Source of the DNA: Candidatus Poribacteria bacterium
GTDB lineage: Bacteria; Poribacteria; WGA-4E; PCPOR2b
DNA: 64,000 nucleotides
Reading direction: 5' to 3'
Assembly (NCBI GenBank): GCA_965208675.1
Contig: OZ242351.1
Coordinates: 4,800,001 to 4,864,000 of the forward strand
The notes under the pieces were generated by a model, which was not told where the DNA came from, made no database searches, and saw only the letters and a list, made by a program, of their open reading frames with translations. Below are positions 22,353 through 31,675 of this stretch, piece after piece. Both the position numbers and the translations under genes were made by a program. Position 1 is the stretch's first letter; the number at the start of each line of letters is the position of its first letter.

Positions 22353-24044
22353 TTATTTTTTATAAGCGGATCGATCGGTATTTCCACCATATTTCATCGC
22401 ATACACAAACAGATTGACCATAAACCGGTGTACATCAGCGGAACGGCGCATCCTTAACATCGTCCGACTCGGGATTTCCGCTGTCTCCATCGCACAGAGA
22501 TAATCCTTCCGATTGTACAGCACTGCGACACGACGCCCAATCGTAATCGCCTTGTGAAACTTAAACTTTGTAACTTTAGGGTTATTTTCGGATCCCCAGT
22601 ACTCGTCGGATCCATTCGGCGGGACGGATAGCTTGTAATAGATGGAATATATCTCATGGCTATGAGGTATAGACTGAAGCGGATATTCTGGCAGGATTTT
22701 TTTCAATTCATCAGCGACACGCGCAGCGAACAATCCCTTGAACCCGCAATCATCGAAAAATAGCAGCCCGCCGCGTTCCACGAGGTATTTTCTCATCGCC
22801 GACCGTTCTGCAGGAGTAAAACCTACCATCCACGGCTCGCCCCGCATTAGATTACGCGTTGTGGTCAGTTCTTTATCGTGTCCGGTCATAACAATGATGG
22901 GTGCATCAAGGATTCGCGGATCTGTCATTCGCATGGCGCCGCCCTCCAGTTTCATATCCGCACGCAGGCGAGTGTTGTCCGATAACCACCGCATGAAACT
23001 CGGCAGCGCAGAAGGGTCTTGCCACCAATCTGCTAGTGAATGTATTAACCGTGTGAAACGGATGTGACCCTGTATGTCTGCGCCCTCACCCTCTAGAATA
23101 GCGCCTAACTTATCATCAGGCACCGTAGTGATTTTAGCCAACGGGTCGTCTCCAGCGCCACCGGCACCAGCGTCGGTTGCCCCAACTGCGCCCACAAGCG
23201 AGTCAATACCGCCCGTTCCGCTTCGACCGCGTCCGTTTATTGCCTCTGTACCTGACCCGCGCCCCTTATCGGGACCGCGACGCCCGCCGACCGCGGGAGC
23301 GATGACCTCCTCGTTACGCTTGGGTTGGATGTCTGCCACCGTCTTTACAGGACTATCTACAATCGTATCCGGAACTAATGGGGACACGTCCATCGACACG
23401 CGGCTTGGGGCAGCCGCGACAGGTCTAGCAACTCGCGGAGCAGACGACACTCGAACAGGTTGGGAAATCTGTTGCGCGGGTTGGCGCACCGGTTCAGGCG
23501 GTTTGGGCTTGATCTTTTTCAACCGTCTAACCTTCGGCTGCGGCTTCACCATCTCGACCGCAATCGCATCTTCAATTTCATCCGCGTCGTCCCTTGCAAA
23601 CAGGAAAATAGCGAACGCCAAGATAACGTGCGAGACCACAGAGATTACCATAGAATTGCGCGCAGTGCGACTTTTTGGGGTTACTACCGCGATCGCTGTT
23701 TCCGCCGCTGGAGATTGTGTCTCGTAGGTAGGTGCGCTCAGGTAATAGGTCTGTCCGCCGCAATCCACTTGCATTTGACCCTCCGGGAGCATGCGGAACT
23801 CGGCGCGTGCTCCGGCACGGATTACCTCACTCAGCCGTCTGACGGGCAGGATTACCGCCCCCGCTTGCGTAACCTCCGCGTCAATTGTAAATTTTGTGTC
23901 TGCGGTTGAAAGTTCTAGCTTATCGTTCCCGATGCTACGCACACGCACATCGGAGATAGACTCTAGCTGATTATCCCGGGCCGCCTGCGACTGGAGAGAC
24001 TTAATTGCTTTCAGAAGGTCCGCTTGTTTCGCTGTGAATTGCAT
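22353..24044 (-). CDS. Membrane-anchored protein: N-terminal beta-clamp(DnaN)-like domain, TM helix, Pro/Gly-rich linker, C-terminal DUF4159-like domain
   Basis: aa 1-105 resemble DnaN domain I; hydrophobic aa 132-150; C-terminus has MTGH, YLVERGGLLFFDDCG, IPHSHEIY and NLFVYAM motifs. Confidence 0.7.
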   Translation of the reverse strand: MQFTAKQADLLKAIKSLQSQAARDNQLESISDVRVRSIGNDKLELSTADTKFTIDAEVTQAGAVILPVRRLSEVIRAGARAEFRMLPEGQMQVDCGGQTYYLSAPTYETQSPAAETAIAVVTPKSRTARNSMVISVVSHVILAFAIFLFARDDADEIEDAIAVEMVKPQPKVRRLKKIKPKPPEPVRQPAQQISQPVRVSSAPRVARPVAAAPSRVSMDVSPLVPDTIVDSPVKTVADIQPKRNEEVIAPAVGGRRGPDKGRGSGTEAINGRGRSGTGGIDSLVGAVGATDAGAGGAGDDPLAKITTVPDDKLGAILEGEGADIQGHIRFTRLIHSLADWWQDPSALPSFMRWLSDNTRLRADMKLEGGAMRMTDPRILDAPIIVMTGHDKELTTTRNLMRGEPWMVGFTPAERSAMRKYLVERGGLLFFDDCGFKGLFAARVADELKKILPEYPLQSIPHSHEIYSIYYKLSVPPNGSDEYWGSENNPKVTKFKFHKAITIGRRVAVLYNRKDYLCAMETAEIPSRTMLRMRRSADVHRFMVNLFVYAMKYGGNTDRSAYKK

Positions 24045-24081
24045 AAGGTATTCCTTTTACTTTTACTGATGGTTTTTATGT

Positions 24082-25728
24082 TTATCCCATGTAGAGATTG
24101 CGCGATTGGAAGCCCATCGCCCTACCACGCCAATGGTGAACATCTGCATAATCCGACTTTAGCCGTACTGCTTCGTCAAAGTCCGCTATCGCTGCGGTGT
24201 ATTGTTTTAACCAATATCTTGTCCTTCCGCGCCAGTAGTAAGCATCAGCAAAATCCTTACTGAGCCTTAGCACCTCGTCGAAGTCTGAAATCGCTGCGGA
24301 GTATTGTTTTAAACGATACCTTTCCCGACCACGCAAGAAGTAACCATTGGCATCCGGACTCAAGCGTATTGATTCGTCTAAGGCTTTCGCCTGACGACAT
24401 GTGTTATCGTATCGTCCTACACATTCCTTCGCGGAATTACGCCAACGGTAGGCATTCAAACAATCGGGATTCAGGCGTATTGATTCATCAAAGTCCTGAA
24501 TAGCAGTTGCATATTGTCCTAACCCAAAATTTGAATAACCACGAAAGTAGAAGGCAATGGCAAGTGCTTCGTCAGTATGGTTATAGAGTAAGAGTGGTAT
24601 TGTTTCGTCTAAATCCTGAATGGCAGCTTCAAAATGTCCGTACTCAACCTTTGCTATACCACGCCAATAGAGGACATCTGCATAATCCGAATAACCCGAA
24701 CCACCCGAATAAACAGACTTCAATTGTATTGCGTGATCAAAGTCCGCAATCGCTGCGAAGTATTGTTTTAAACAATATCTCGTCCTGCCACGCCAGTAGT
24801 AAGCATCAGCATAATCCTTACTAAGCCTTATCACCTCGTCAAAGTCCGTTATCGCTGCGGAGTATTGTTCTGACCAATACCTTTCTATACCACGATCGTA
24901 GTAGATCCTACGGCACTTGTCATAGGCATCTGTATGATTCGGATTCAGCTGTATGGCTTCCTCAAAATCTGCTATTGCTGTGCTGTCTTGTTTTAACCTC
25001 CACTTCGTCATACCACGCCAATAATAGGCATCCGCATAATCAGATTTCAGTTGAATTGCTTCGTCGAAGTCCGTTATCGCTGTGGAGTATTGTTTCAACA
25101 AATTCTTCACCTTACCACGCCAGTAGTAGCCTTCCGCCCAGTTCGGATTTAGCCGTATTGCTTCGTCTAAATCCTGAATAGCGGTAGCGCCTCCGTCTAA
25201 ATGGGCTTTTACCCGACCACGCCAGCAATAGGCTTCAGCATAGTCTAGCTTAAGTCCAATGGCAGCGTCGAAATCCTTGATTGCTTCGGCATATTGCCCT
25301 AACTTTACTTTCTCCACACCACGCGCAAAGTAGCTAACAGCATGGGCTTCTCTATCCTGTTGCTCCTTCCGTGCTTTTTCCTGACGTTCTCGTTCCTCGC
25401 GCTCCTTTTCCCGACGTTTTCTTTTCTTTTGTTCCCTCGCCTTTTGTTCTTGGCGTTTCCTTTTCGCACGTGCTCTCGCTTCTCGTTTTTCGTGCTCTCT
25501 TTCTCGCCGTGCTTCTTCCGCTCTTGAGGAATCGTATTGCACTTGTTGGTAGGCGTTTGTAATCACCTCATATGCGTCTTGGACAAGTAAAAAGCGTTGT
25601 TTTGCGCCAGGGGAAGGGTCTTTGTCTGGATGTATGACTTTCACAAGGTCACGATAGGCTTTCTTGGCGTCGGCGAGTGTCGCGTTAGATTCCAATCCCA
25701 AAATACGCAATGCTTCGTCTGGTGTCAT
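24082..25728 (-). CDS. J-domain (DnaJ) plus charged linker plus TPR-repeat protein
   Basis: KKAYRDLVKVIHPDK (HPD motif); about ten AIxDFDEAIxLxxDYADAYYWRG repeats. Confidence 0.9.
   Translation of the reverse strand: MTPDEALRILGLESNATLADAKKAYRDLVKVIHPDKDPSPGAKQRFLLVQDAYEVITNAYQQVQYDSSRAEEARREREHEKREARARAKRKRQEQKAREQKKRKRREKEREERERQEKARKEQQDREAHAVSYFARGVEKVKLGQYAEAIKDFDAAIGLKLDYAEAYCWRGRVKAHLDGGATAIQDLDEAIRLNPNWAEGYYWRGKVKNLLKQYSTAITDFDEAIQLKSDYADAYYWRGMTKWRLKQDSTAIADFEEAIQLNPNHTDAYDKCRRIYYDRGIERYWSEQYSAAITDFDEVIRLSKDYADAYYWRGRTRYCLKQYFAAIADFDHAIQLKSVYSGGSGYSDYADVLYWRGIAKVEYGHFEAAIQDLDETIPLLLYNHTDEALAIAFYFRGYSNFGLGQYATAIQDFDESIRLNPDCLNAYRWRNSAKECVGRYDNTCRQAKALDESIRLSPDANGYFLRGRERYRLKQYSAAISDFDEVLRLSKDFADAYYWRGRTRYWLKQYTAAIADFDEAVRLKSDYADVHHWRGRAMGFQSRNLYMG
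24181..24894. repeat. Intragenic duplicated TPR-pair units (about 24181-24333 and 24741-24894)
   Basis: Near-identical DNA in both copies, e.g. CGCCAGTAGTAAGCATCAGCA-AATCCTTACT. Confidence 0.8.
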
Positions 25729-25784
25729 TTTGCTTACCTGTGTAATCCTTTATTTTACTTTGCAACCTCCCAACCGATATTTGC

Positions 25785-28700
25785 TTATCTGAGGATCGCC
25801 ATCTTTCGAGTCGCAGAGAAGCGGTTCGCGCTTAGCGTATAGAAATAAATTCCGCTCCCCACACGCTCCCCTAGGTCATTCCGCCCATCCCAATAGACCG
25901 CCTTGCTTGGGCTTTCGTACACGTCAGCCTTTTTGTTGCCGGATTCGATAGTTCTCACCAGGTTTCCACTCCGATTAAAGATGTTAACGGTGACTTTTGC
26001 ATCCTGCGCCAAGCGATACGGTATCCACGTTTCCGGGTTGAACGGATTTGGAAAATTCTGACCGAGTTCATTCATGAACCGCACCGTTTGCGGATTGGCG
26101 TTTTCAAGATGGGTTAGTTCTCCAAACACCGTTGGATCGTTGACCGAAAGTTCAAACAGATGTTCGTTAACCTTGAATATTTGGAGTGAGTAGAGATCTG
26201 CAACATAAACCGCGTCGTGGATGACCGCCAATTCCGACGGGAAGCGCAAGTTTTTGTAACGTGAAACCAACTCAAGATTGCGTATATCCACGATTTTAAG
26301 GGTTGTTCCATCTAGCAAGAATAGATAATCTCCACTTACTTTGGCATCAATCGGCAACCCATCCGTTTCATATTGCGCGATGCGAAACGGCCGCCGCGGA
26401 TCGCTAACGTCCAGAATCTGCACGCCGGAGCGGCTGTCAAGCACATACGCCCGGTTCTCAGCGACAGTCACATGTGTTGCATTGCCGTTCGTTTCGTAAC
26501 TCGCAACGGCGCGGGGCGCGGCTGGATTCTCTATGTCGAATATTCGTAAGCCCCCATCAAGGGCGGCGACGTAAGCGTACACACCGTCAATTGCCGATCG
26601 ATAGGCGTTCCCAGGCATACGTTGGCGCGCAACGACACGAATTCGGTTGAGGTCTCGCACATCAATGACGACGAAATCGCCTGCGCTGACGTAAGCGTAT
26701 CCGTTGTCAATCTCAATGCCCACCGCCGGTTCAGACGTTGAAATTCGCGCAATTGTGATGGGACGGATGACATTCCGCACATTCATGACGAATACTCCCC
26801 GTTCACCGCCCGCGATGTAGGCATGCCCGTTAAAAACTTGAACATCCGCAGCGGTTCCATCAATCGGTATGAATTGTGTTAAGGCCGCATCAAACGTGTC
26901 CTTTATGTCAACAACCTTCAATCCGCCGCGCCCATCAGCGATGAAGGCCTTCCGTCTCCCGTTTTCGCCCTGAACGATGTCAAGACCATAAGCTTCACCT
27001 GAAGCGACATGGCGATGCAACCACTGCGGACTACTCGGTCGGCTGACATCAACGGCATGCAAACTCCCGCTTCCATCCGCGATGTATGCAATGGTAGTTC
27101 CGTCGTTGGGTGTGTATAGGTCCACTCCCACTGCACTTCCGGTTATGGATTGACGGGCGACGAATTTAGGGCGGAGTGGATTACGAACGTCAATGAGATA
27201 AAATCCCGCCTGCACGTCGGTCAAATAGACGAACCCATCTTGGAATTTTATGCCATTTGAAGTTCCGGGTGTGCGCAGCGTCGAGATTATTTTTGGGTTG
27301 AATCGATCGCGTACATCGACAACTCGAAAGTCCCCCGATGCAACATAAACGTATCCGTCTTCGAAATGAAAATCGAAGCCGACAATGTCTATTTTACCAA
27401 CGATTGCGGGGATGTCGATTCGTTCAAAATCAAGAATTTGAAACCCTTGATTTCGATCACTCAAATACACGGTAGGACCTTCAACCCAGACATTCAGGGC
27501 TTCACCGAGCGTCTGAAACGCGCTAATCGGTTTCGGTTCGATTGAACTGTGCAATTCGTGTAAGTTATATATCAAGAGTCCCTCTTCACTATCAACTATG
27601 TAAGCATGCCCATTAGTTACCTGAATTCGATGAGCGAAGGTGAAACCCTTGACGGACTTCACGAGCTGCGGTGCCGCTGGTCGCCGAACATCAACAAGTT
27701 GAATGCCTTCCACTCCATCTGCGATGTAGGCTGTCCCGTCGTCAACGGCGGCATCTTGTGCGTTACCCGGTGTAGCAATTTCCCCGGTTCGCACTGGTTC
27801 TGTTGGGTTTTCGAAATTGAAGATTTCCAGTCCCCAGTCGCTCGCGGCAAACGCGTAATTCTCGACAACGACTACATTCTGATAGCTGCTAGATAGGTGT
27901 ACCTGACGCATCGGTTCCAGCTTATAGGAAATAGTTGGCAGTTTCTCGATTGGCTGCGAACGATTGCCAACGGTTCGCGTAATTTTGCCCGGCGCAACGA
28001 TTGGCAAATTAACCGGACGCGGCGCACCAACAACAATCCCGGAATTCCCATCAGATGTTCCTGCATACCGAAAAGATTGCGAGGTTGCAGTAGTTGCCAC
28101 TAGCATGACCTGATCCGACGGATTCAAATTGTTCAGCTCAAGGCGGGCATTGTCGTATTCATCAAATTGAAGCCGATGAATCATTGGCGAGCCGCGTTGC
28201 GGTATATGCACAACTTGTGCATACATTTCCCCATTGCCGGCTCCATCTAGGGCAATTTCAAGTTTAGGTGATAGATTCTGATAGGATACATAACGAACTC
28301 CCCAATCATCTAGGTTGTCCAATCGAATCGTGGGATAGCTGTTAACACGACGTTCAACGCCTCTATTGACGCGCTTATTTGGCAGGTTTTCATATCCGTA
28401 ATTGGCGCCGCGCCTGATGTCGTTGACGAAGTTAGCAATCGCCCAGTTTTGAAAAATATCGGCAAACCGTGCTGACCTACCTATCGACCCTAAAGCCGAA
28501 TTAATTCCGTCTATACCGAGCAGATCTTGTCGTGCAAGTTCACGAATGAACGCCGCGCCGCCGTAATTCTCGAATGCGTATAGCAGCAGCATGAAAGCAG
28601 CCCCGTAATAGACATCGCGGGTATTTCCAGACGTCAACGAAACGCTTGGATCTCTTAAATAACCATCGACAAAGATGTTGTGGACATTTCCGTAGATTGC

Positions 28701-29381
28701 CCATTCTGCGAACGACGCTATCCCCTCTTCCAACCAATTCTCATCGGTTGTTCCACCATTCTGATACCAATTGGCGAGGTGGGCAAATTCGTGGGCGAGC
28801 AGGGCGAGGAGGATAAAACGCCCCCGCTCCTTGAGCAGGTACACATCGGCAAAGATAATCTCGCGCCGGTTGCTATTGAAATCAGTCGGACGTTGATCGG
28901 TCGGTGAGAAATAACCGCCGATGTCTTGAGCTGAACCATTCAATCCCACATCGTGTATTAATAGTGTTACTCGGGCATCCCGGTCTAAGCCCGGCTTCCA
29001 TTCGCTGCCAATCCACCGGTGAACTTGCGGGTAGATTCGCGAATCAAATTCAGCTGCAATATCCTGTGCTTGTATTTCGTTTACTATACCGAGCACCGAA
29101 TTTTCGACGTAGATGTAGATATGCTCGCCGATGGCAATGCAAGTGCCTTTCACTAATTGTTCGGGGATATGTGTATAAAACCGTTCAATCTGCCCGAGGT
29201 GTATTTCAGGTGCCGGAGCGGCAGAAATTTCCGGCAATTGAAGAGCCGAGTGCGTATGCTGGGTGAGTTCCGGCGTTCCGCAGCGCCAATGTCCGCCATA
29301 AGGTGGATGCAGATGGATGGGTTGCGCGCAGACTTGATGAGCGATGCAACAAAAATATAAAAACAAATCGCAGCAACGCAT
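25785..29381 (-). CDS. Secreted zinc metalloprotease-like protein (M30/gluzincin-like HExxH) with LVIVD repeats and a C-terminal FlgD-Ig/sorting-type domain
   Basis: Signal-like N-terminus; AHEFAH...WLEEG; many AYIADG..GL..VDV..P repeats; QNFPNPFNPETWIPY...WDGRND.GE.V.SGIYFY. Confidence 0.8.
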   Translation of the reverse strand: MRCCDLFLYFCCIAHQVCAQPIHLHPPYGGHWRCGTPELTQHTHSALQLPEISAAPAPEIHLGQIERFYTHIPEQLVKGTCIAIGEHIYIYVENSVLGIVNEIQAQDIAAEFDSRIYPQVHRWIGSEWKPGLDRDARVTLLIHDVGLNGSAQDIGGYFSPTDQRPTDFNSNRREIIFADVYLLKERGRFILLALLAHEFAHLANWYQNGGTTDENWLEEGIASFAEWAIYGNVHNIFVDGYLRDPSVSLTSGNTRDVYYGAAFMLLLYAFENYGGAAFIRELARQDLLGIDGINSALGSIGRSARFADIFQNWAIANFVNDIRRGANYGYENLPNKRVNRGVERRVNSYPTIRLDNLDDWGVRYVSYQNLSPKLEIALDGAGNGEMYAQVVHIPQRGSPMIHRLQFDEYDNARLELNNLNPSDQVMLVATTATSQSFRYAGTSDGNSGIVVGAPRPVNLPIVAPGKITRTVGNRSQPIEKLPTISYKLEPMRQVHLSSSYQNVVVVENYAFAASDWGLEIFNFENPTEPVRTGEIATPGNAQDAAVDDGTAYIADGVEGIQLVDVRRPAAPQLVKSVKGFTFAHRIQVTNGHAYIVDSEEGLLIYNLHELHSSIEPKPISAFQTLGEALNVWVEGPTVYLSDRNQGFQILDFERIDIPAIVGKIDIVGFDFHFEDGYVYVASGDFRVVDVRDRFNPKIISTLRTPGTSNGIKFQDGFVYLTDVQAGFYLIDVRNPLRPKFVARQSITGSAVGVDLYTPNDGTTIAYIADGSGSLHAVDVSRPSSPQWLHRHVASGEAYGLDIVQGENGRRKAFIADGRGGLKVVDIKDTFDAALTQFIPIDGTAADVQVFNGHAYIAGGERGVFVMNVRNVIRPITIARISTSEPAVGIEIDNGYAYVSAGDFVVIDVRDLNRIRVVARQRMPGNAYRSAIDGVYAYVAALDGGLRIFDIENPAAPRAVASYETNGNATHVTVAENRAYVLDSRSGVQILDVSDPRRPFRIAQYETDGLPIDAKVSGDYLFLLDGTTLKIVDIRNLELVSRYKNLRFPSELAVIHDAVYVADLYSLQIFKVNEHLFELSVNDPTVFGELTHLENANPQTVRFMNELGQNFPNPFNPETWIPYRLAQDAKVTVNIFNRSGNLVRTIESGNKKADVYESPSKAVYWDGRNDLGERVGSGIYFYTLSANRFSATRKMAILR

Positions 29382-29566
29382 TTACAAACAACCCCCCATT
29401 CATCAAGTTATTAATTAGAACCTTTAATATCCAAAAGACACGGATATACGGTTAAAACGACGTTGACACACCCCCATGTAAAGTTTGAGATATTAGCACT
29501 CATTTTCGAATTCGGTGCACCTATCTAAGTTTTAGTGATTAGCGTTTGACTCTGTGCACTGTGGTA

Positions 29567-29595
29567 ATTCTACCACAAACCCCATGTAATGTCAA
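29567..29595 (-). promoter_or_regulatory. Sigma70-type promoter upstream of the 1198-aa gene
   Basis: TTGACA-17 nt-TAGAAT on the minus strand. Confidence 0.7.
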
Positions 29596-29724
29596 CGTAT
29601 ATTAAGTATATATTGAAATCAAACCATTAGTTAATGCGTTTACTCGATGAAAACTGGCTGATGTTGGTTGCGTCCGTTGACATGGGATCTTTGGTGTTTT
29701 GGACCTAAAATTGCTATGTTTCGC

Positions 29725-30486
29725 TTAAACAAGTGTTTGCCAGACGAGCCGAATTGCGAAAGCCAATGAGGTGACAACGAGTACGATTTTAATCCATTTT
29801 TCTCCTCTGTCAACCGCCCAATTGCTTCCGAACCACGCACCGGTCGCATTTCCAAGTGCAAGTGTTAACCCCAAAAAGGGGTCGACATTGCCATTGTAAA
29901 TGAAGATTCCCAGCGCGACGATGGTGAAAAAGAAGCTGACAAACAGCTTGATCGCGTTTGCACGAACGAGGTCATAACCATTTATTGATGTCAATGCGCC
30001 AATGATAATGAAACCCACTCCGGCTTGAATAAACCCGCCATAAATACCAATAAAAAAGAAGGCAATTATTGCGACAATCTTTCGTGCAAGATTCTGCTCA
30101 ATTCTTGTTCCTTCACTTTTCCTTGTCGGACTGAGATAAGTCAATGCCAGTACTCCTACCATGATAGCCGCTAACACTCTCTTGAAAGCAACCTCACCCA
30201 TGAATACTGCAATGATAGCCCCAATGATAGCTCCTGGAATTGCTGGAATGGTCAGGAAAGCGCTAAAGCGAAAGTCAGAAAATCCTTTGGCACGAAATCC
30301 TGCAACGCCGGTTGCACACTGTATGGCGACCGCTACTCGATTTGTGCCGTTCGCTGTCGCGGCGGGTAAACCGAGGAAGATTAGCACCGGAAGGGTTAGT
30401 AATGAACCGCCGCCCGCAACCACATTTAGGAAACCTGCAGCGACTCCAGAAATTAAGATTAAGGGAATTTGCCAAACCAGTTGCAT
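29725..30486 (-). CDS. TauE/SafE (TSUP) family membrane transporter
   Basis: AGFLNVVAGGGSLLTLP, ANGTN, GIYGGFIQAGVG. Confidence 0.9.
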   Translation of the reverse strand: MQLVWQIPLILISGVAAGFLNVVAGGGSLLTLPVLIFLGLPAATANGTNRVAVAIQCATGVAGFRAKGFSDFRFSAFLTIPAIPGAIIGAIIAVFMGEVAFKRVLAAIMVGVLALTYLSPTRKSEGTRIEQNLARKIVAIIAFFFIGIYGGFIQAGVGFIIIGALTSINGYDLVRANAIKLFVSFFFTIVALGIFIYNGNVDPFLGLTLALGNATGAWFGSNWAVDRGEKWIKIVLVVTSLAFAIRLVWQTLV

Positions 30487-30487
30487 G

Positions 30488-30781
30488 TCAGTTTTTAGTC
30501 CTTTCTTTGTGGCTAGATTTTGATGCCTGACGGCGTTTCGCCGCTAAAATTAACAGTAACGCAGACCCATTTCCAATTAGGACCGCGCTCAGAATGCCCA
30601 TGAGGAACACGAATCCGCCGGTGGCTACTACGCCGGATCCAAACGGGCATGACCAGATTCCCAAAGCAAAGGCAGAGAGTGGAATGAGCGCACCCAATAG
30701 GAAACCGATTACAGCAGCGACTGTAGCGAAGTTTTGATGTTTTTTTATTGGGAGTTTTACGGATCGTAAAGTCATGTTCAT
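30488..30781 (-). CDS. Small hypothetical membrane protein (2 TM)
   Basis: Two hydrophobic stretches; packed tightly and co-oriented between the dppC-like and TauE genes. Confidence 0.6.
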   Translation of the reverse strand: MNMTLRSVKLPIKKHQNFATVAAVIGFLLGALIPLSAFALGIWSCPFGSGVVATGGFVFLMGILSAVLIGNGSALLLILAAKRRQASKSSHKERTKN

Positions 30782-30832
30782 ACCTTCATACGTTAGCAGG
30801 GCTTAATCCTCTTGATTTAAATTTAGTAGCAA

Positions 30833-31675
30833 TTAAGTCTTTACTTGTGGATCCAAGACATCGCGCAGCGCATCGCCTAGCAAGTTGAACCCTAACACCA
30901 TCAGGAAAATGGCAGTTCCCGGCGTCATCACCGTCCAAGGCGCGCGGCGGATGAGCGAGCGATTTTCGTTCAACATTGCGCCCCACTCCGGCTCGCCAAT
31001 TTCGGCCCCAAGTCCTAAAAAACTTAGGCCCGCAGCGTCTAGGATTGCAGCTCCCATGCCGAGCGTAGCTTGTACAATCAATGGGGCAAGGCAATTTGGG
31101 ATAACTGCTGTCGTCATTATTCGAATGTCGCTTGCACCAACAACTCTTGCTGCCATTACATATTCTTCTTCGCGAATTTTGAGCACTGACGCCCGTAGTA
31201 TTCGGGCATATTGCGGAATATAAACTATCGAAACAGCGATAATTGCATTGGTCAGGCTCTGTCCTAAAATGGTGATTATCACCATCGCAAGCAGGATGCT
31301 TGGCATAGCAAGCATCATATCCATTATGCGCATAAACGTGTTATCCATCCAACCGCCGTAATAGCCTGCGATAATTCCCACCAGCGCGCCAATGGAGATT
31401 GAAAACGACATTGCAACCAGCCCTATTTTTATAGAGATTTGCGATCCGTAAACGATCCGGCTAAAGATATCCCTCCCTGCCTTGTCGGTGCCGAAGTAAT
31501 GTTCGGACGACCAACCCTTGAGTCCAGCGATGACATCAGCTTCGCGCGGGTCGTGTGTGGCAATGAATGGAGCTAGGATTGCGATGAGGACAAAAATGAG
31601 GATAATTGAAAAGCCAATCATGCCGGATGTGTGACGCAAAAGATTTTGATGAATCCTGCGGCTGTTCCCGCTCAT
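30833..31675 (-). CDS. Peptide/nickel ABC transporter permease (DppC/OppC-like)
   Basis: FGTDKAGRDIFSRIVYG, EAA-like loop EEYVMAARVVGAS, FNLLGDALRDVLDP. Confidence 0.95.
   Translation of the reverse strand: MSGNSRRIHQNLLRHTSGMIGFSIILIFVLIAILAPFIATHDPREADVIAGLKGWSSEHYFGTDKAGRDIFSRIVYGSQISIKIGLVAMSFSISIGALVGIIAGYYGGWMDNTFMRIMDMMLAMPSILLAMVIITILGQSLTNAIIAVSIVYIPQYARILRASVLKIREEEYVMAARVVGASDIRIMTTAVIPNCLAPLIVQATLGMGAAILDAAGLSFLGLGAEIGEPEWGAMLNENRSLIRRAPWTVMTPGTAIFLMVLGFNLLGDALRDVLDPQVKT

Noticed and set aside
23730-24044. A true dnaN gene or replication-origin region
   Set aside because: Only about one third of a clamp, fused in frame to a TM segment; no dnaA, recF or gyrB and no DnaA-box cluster noticed
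24181-25300. TPR DNA repeats as a CRISPR array or DGR template/variable pair
   Set aside because: Repeats are in-frame coding units with no unique spacers; differences are not confined to adenines; no cas or reverse transcriptase gene nearby
29493-29519. TTAGCACTC, the left arm of a CIRCE/HrcA operator, upstream of a unit containing a J-domain gene
   Set aside because: The right arm after 9 nt reads TTCGGTGCA rather than GAGTGCTAA, so it is only a half-site
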